Below, piece after piece: positions 60,883-64,000 of a stretch of DNA of 64,000 bases (positions are counted from its first letter, which is position 1; each line of letters starts with the position of its first letter). Position numbers and translations under genes: made by a program. Under the pieces are notes generated by a model that saw only the letters and a list, made by a program, of their open reading frames with translations, made no database searches and was not told where the DNA came from. Source of the DNA: an uncultured bacterium (lineage in GTDB: Bacteria; Krumholzibacteriota; Krumholzibacteriia; LZORAL124-64-63); NCBI GenBank assembly GCA_963727525.1, contig CAVSGO010000007.1, positions 1,984,001-2,048,000 of the forward strand, written 5' to 3'.

Positions 60883-61855
60883 GCTCACGATGGTGCAGGC
60901 CATCAACCTCGCGCTGAAGCAGGAGATGGCACGCGATGAGAACGTGATCGTGCTCGGCGAGGATGTCGGTCGCGACGGCGGCGTATTCCGCGTCACCGAG
61001 GGTCTGCTGGACGAGTTCGGCGAGGCGCGCGTGATGGACACGCCCCTGGCCGAGTCGGGCATCCTCGGCACGTCGCTCGGCATGGCGATGGCGGGTCTGC
61101 GCCCGGTCGCGGAGATGCAGTTCAGCGGCTTCAGCTACCTGATGTTCCACCAGTGGGAAGGCAACGTCACCCGCATGCGCAGTCGCACGCAGGGCCACTT
61201 CACGGCACCCCTCGTGGTGCGCATGCCCTACGGTGGCGGGGTGCGCGCCCTCGAGCATCACAGCGAGAGCCGGGAAGCGACGTATGCCCACATCCCCGGC
61301 GGCAAGGTGGTGATCCCCAGCGGGCCGCGCAACGCGCGCGCCCTCCTGGTGGCCGCGATCCGTGATCCGGACCCGGTGGTGTTCATGGAACCCAAGCACA
61401 GCTACCGGTCGTTCCGCGAGGATGTGCCCGAGGCGGAGGAGGTGATGCCCCTCGGTCAGGCGCAGGTCGTACAGCCGGGCGATCAGCTCACGGTGGTGTC
61501 CTGGGGCGCGATGATGCGTCCCACCCTCAAGGCCGTGGCCGAGGTCGGCGAAAAGCGCGGCGCGAGCATCGAGGTCATCGACATGCTCTCGATCGCTCCG
61601 CTCGACGGCGCCGCGGTCGTCGCGTCGGTGAAGAAGACGGGACGCTGCGTCGTGGTGCAGGAAGCGCCGCGCAGTTTCGGCGTGGCCTCCGAGATTATCG
61701 CTTGCCTCAACGACGACGCCTTGCTCTATCTCGAAGCCCCGGTAAAACGTCTCACGGGATTCGACGTGGTGATGCCGTACTTCGGTCGCGAGAAGAACTA
61801 CATCCCGACGGTGCCCCGGATCGTCGCCGCGATCCACGAGACCCTCGACTTCTAG
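60875..61855 (+). CDS. pdhB: 2-oxoacid dehydrogenase E1 beta
   Basis: GEDVG..GGVFR.T, DTPLAESGI, EMQF, HHSES, DPV.F.EPK. Confidence 0.92.
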   Translation: MPKLTMVQAINLALKQEMARDENVIVLGEDVGRDGGVFRVTEGLLDEFGEARVMDTPLAESGILGTSLGMAMAGLRPVAEMQFSGFSYLMFHQWEGNVTRMRSRTQGHFTAPLVVRMPYGGGVRALEHHSESREATYAHIPGGKVVIPSGPRNARALLVAAIRDPDPVVFMEPKHSYRSFREDVPEAEEVMPLGQAQVVQPGDQLTVVSWGAMMRPTLKAVAEVGEKRGASIEVIDMLSIAPLDGAAVVASVKKTGRCVVVQEAPRSFGVASEIIACLNDDALLYLEAPVKRLTGFDVVMPYFGREKNYIPTVPRIVAAIHETLDF

Positions 61856-61864
61856 GAGGCCGAC

Positions 61865-63199
61865 GTGTTCGAGTTCAAGCTCCCCGATCTCGGCGAGGGC
61901 ATCCACGAGGGCGAGATCCTCAAGTGGCACGTGGCGGTGGGCGGCGCGATCGTCGAGGACGCACCCCTCGTCGACGTGGAAACCGACAAGGCGGCCGTCA
62001 CCATCCCCTCGCCGCGCGGCGGCAAGGTGGTCCGCCTGAACGGCAACGTGGGCGACACGGTGAACGTGGGCGACGTCATCATCAGCATCGACGACGGCAA
62101 GGACGCCGCGACGGCGGTGGCTTCATCGGCCGTGGCCGCGGCCGCGCCGGCGGCGGCCACGGTGCCCGCCACGCCGACGCCGGCCATCGCGCCCGGCCGC
62201 CGGCGGCCGGTGCCCGCCGCGCCGGCCACGCGCCGCCTCGCCCGGGAACTGGGTGTGGCCATCGACACGGTGCCACCGAGCGGCCCGGCCGGTCGGGTGA
62301 CGGCCGACGACGTGCGCCGCGTCGCCGCCGGCGGTGTCCCCATTGCCGCGAAGACCGCGGAGGTGCTGCCGGACGGTCATGTGACCGCGCACGATGTGCG
62401 GGACGACCGCGCGTTTGCCGAGTTCGCCGCCCACGCCGCGGCCACCATCCCCTTCCTCGAGCTGGAGCCCCTGCCCGATTTCCGCCACGAGGGCCCGGTC
62501 GAGATCGAACCCCTGCGCTCGATCCGCCGCAAGGTCGCGCGCAAGATGGTCACGAGCATGGCCCTGGTGCCGCATGTGGCCCACATGGACGAGGCCGACG
62601 TCTCCGCGCTCGAACGCTTCCGTCGCCAGCAGAAGGAGAAGAATCCCGACGATCCGGGGCTCGGCTCGCTCACGTTGCTGGCCTTCGTGATCAAGGCCGT
62701 CACGGCGGGGCTGCGCGCGGCGCCGTCGTTCAACGCCAGTCTCGATCCGTTCAAGGAAGAGATCATCTACAAGAAGTACTACAACATCGGCTTCGCGACG
62801 GACACGGGGCGCGGACTGCTGGTACCGGTGATCCGCGATACCGACCGCAAGAGCCTGCGCGAGATCTCGGCCGAGGTGGCGCACAAGGCGGCGGCCGCGC
62901 GCGAGGGCAAGCTGCCGGTGGAGGACATGCGCGCCGGCACGTTCACGATCACCAACGTCGGCCCGCTCGGCGGCACGGCGCTGCTGGCCACGATCAACTA
63001 CCCCGAGGTGGCGATCCTCGCCATGGGCCGCGCACAGAAGAAGCCGGTGGTGCGCGACGGCGAGATCGTGGTGCGCACGATGCTGCCGCTCACGCTGGCC
63101 TTCGATCACCGCATCGCCGACGGCGCCGATGCGGCGCGCTTCGTCAGCGAGCTGATCCGCCACCTCTCGGACCCGAACCTGCTCTTGCTCGAGACGTGA
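61865..63199 (+). CDS. pdhC: Dihydrolipoamide acyltransferase E2 (single lipoyl domain)
   Basis: LPDLGEGI.E, VETDKA lipoyl Lys, A.PATRRLARELG, DHRIADG. Confidence 0.93.
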   Translation: MFEFKLPDLGEGIHEGEILKWHVAVGGAIVEDAPLVDVETDKAAVTIPSPRGGKVVRLNGNVGDTVNVGDVIISIDDGKDAATAVASSAVAAAAPAAATVPATPTPAIAPGRRRPVPAAPATRRLARELGVAIDTVPPSGPAGRVTADDVRRVAAGGVPIAAKTAEVLPDGHVTAHDVRDDRAFAEFAAHAAATIPFLELEPLPDFRHEGPVEIEPLRSIRRKVARKMVTSMALVPHVAHMDEADVSALERFRRQQKEKNPDDPGLGSLTLLAFVIKAVTAGLRAAPSFNASLDPFKEEIIYKKYYNIGFATDTGRGLLVPVIRDTDRKSLREISAEVAHKAAAAREGKLPVEDMRAGTFTITNVGPLGGTALLATINYPEVAILAMGRAQKKPVVRDGEIVVRTMLPLTLAFDHRIADGADAARFVSELIRHLSDPNLLLLET

Positions 63200-63233
63200 T
63201 GACCTCACCCGTTCGCGGCGCAAGGAGAGCCTC

Positions 63234-64000
63234 ATGGTGATGGGAAGTCTGCGCGAGGAGACCCAGGTCGCCGTCATCGGCAGCGGCCCGGGCGGATACG
63301 TGGCTGCGCTGCGCCTGGCCGACCTCGGCCTCGAGGTGCTGCTCATCGAGGAGCGCGAACGTGACGGCGGCACCTGTCTGCTCGAGGGTTGCATCCCCTC
63401 GAAGGCGCTGATCAACGCCGTCGAGGTGAAGGACGCCGCCGTGGCCGGCACGCAGTTCGGACTCGACGTCGGCTCGTGGCAGATCGACCTGCCGAAGCTG
63501 CGCACCTGGACGGAAGGGATCGTGGCGGGCCTCTCCACCGGCGTCGCCGGATTGCTCAAGCGCCGCGGGGTGCAGGTGCTGCGCGGGCGCGCCCGCTTCA
63601 GCTCGAGCACGAGCCTGGAGCTCGCGGGCGGCGAGGTGAGCGGCGTCGATTTCCAGCACGCCATCATCGCCACCGGATCGAGCCTGGCGCGCCTACCCGA
63701 GGGCATGACGCGCGCCGTATGGTCGAGCGCCGACGCGCTCAAGCTTCCGCGCATACCCGGGTCGCTTCTCGTGGTGGGCGGCGGCTACATCGGCCTGGAA
63801 CTGGGACTCGTCTACCAGGGCCTGGGCAGCCAGGTCTCGGTGGTGGAGTTCTTCCCCCGCCTGCTCATGGGTGCCGATCAGGACCTCGTGGACATCATGG
63901 TGAAGCACGTGAGCGGCCGGCTCGAACACGTCATGGTCGAGAGCAGGGTGGAACGCATCGTCGAGGCGGAGGGCGGCGGGTTCACCGTCACGATCGCGCA
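63234..64000 (+). CDS. lpdA: Dihydrolipoamide dehydrogenase E3 (partial; runs off window)
   Basis: Manual translation MVMGSLREETQVAVIGSGPGGYVAA...GGTCLLEGCIPSKAL...ATGS...GGGYIGLE; AAGGAG RBS. Confidence 0.95.
   Translation, partial: MVMGSLREETQVAVIGSGPGGYVAALRLADLGLEVLLIEERERDGGTCLLEGCIPSKALINAVEVKDAAVAGTQFGLDVGSWQIDLPKLRTWTEGIVAGLSTGVAGLLKRRGVQVLRGRARFSSSTSLELAGGEVSGVDFQHAIIATGSSLARLPEGMTRAVWSSADALKLPRIPGSLLVVGGGYIGLELGLVYQGLGSQVSVVEFFPRLLMGADQDLVDIMVKHVSGRLEHVMVESRVERIVEAEGGGFTVTIA

Overview
High-GC bacterial chromosomal window, probably from a diderm anaerobe or facultative anaerobe. An FCB-group candidate phylum is a guess from gene style only. About 48 CDSs are supported. Housekeeping content: ftsE/ftsX (partial), mfd with two foldases (PrsA/PpiD-like and SurA-like), nifU-nifS behind a MoxR-DUF58-vWA/BatA triad, add-pfk (PPi-type signature), nadE-rrf2-pta-ackA, phosphomannomutase, ferritin and a pdhA-pdhB-E2-lpdA operon (partial). 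Accessory content: an IS1-family-like element (1225 bp, 19-bp terminal IRs) splitting a secreted-protein gene; two paralogous secreted beta-propeller genes in front of an MFP and two different RND permeases with no outer-membrane factor; and a four-gene overlapping operon (HisC/CobD-fold PLP enzyme, CDP-alcohol phosphotransferase, LicC-like cytidylyltransferase, LysE exporter). That operon is the best candidate for an undescribed system: a self-contained CDP-amino-alcohol (Kennedy-like) headgroup pathway. No rRNA, tRNA or CRISPR array was recognised. All family calls rest on motif recognition by eye, without database searches.
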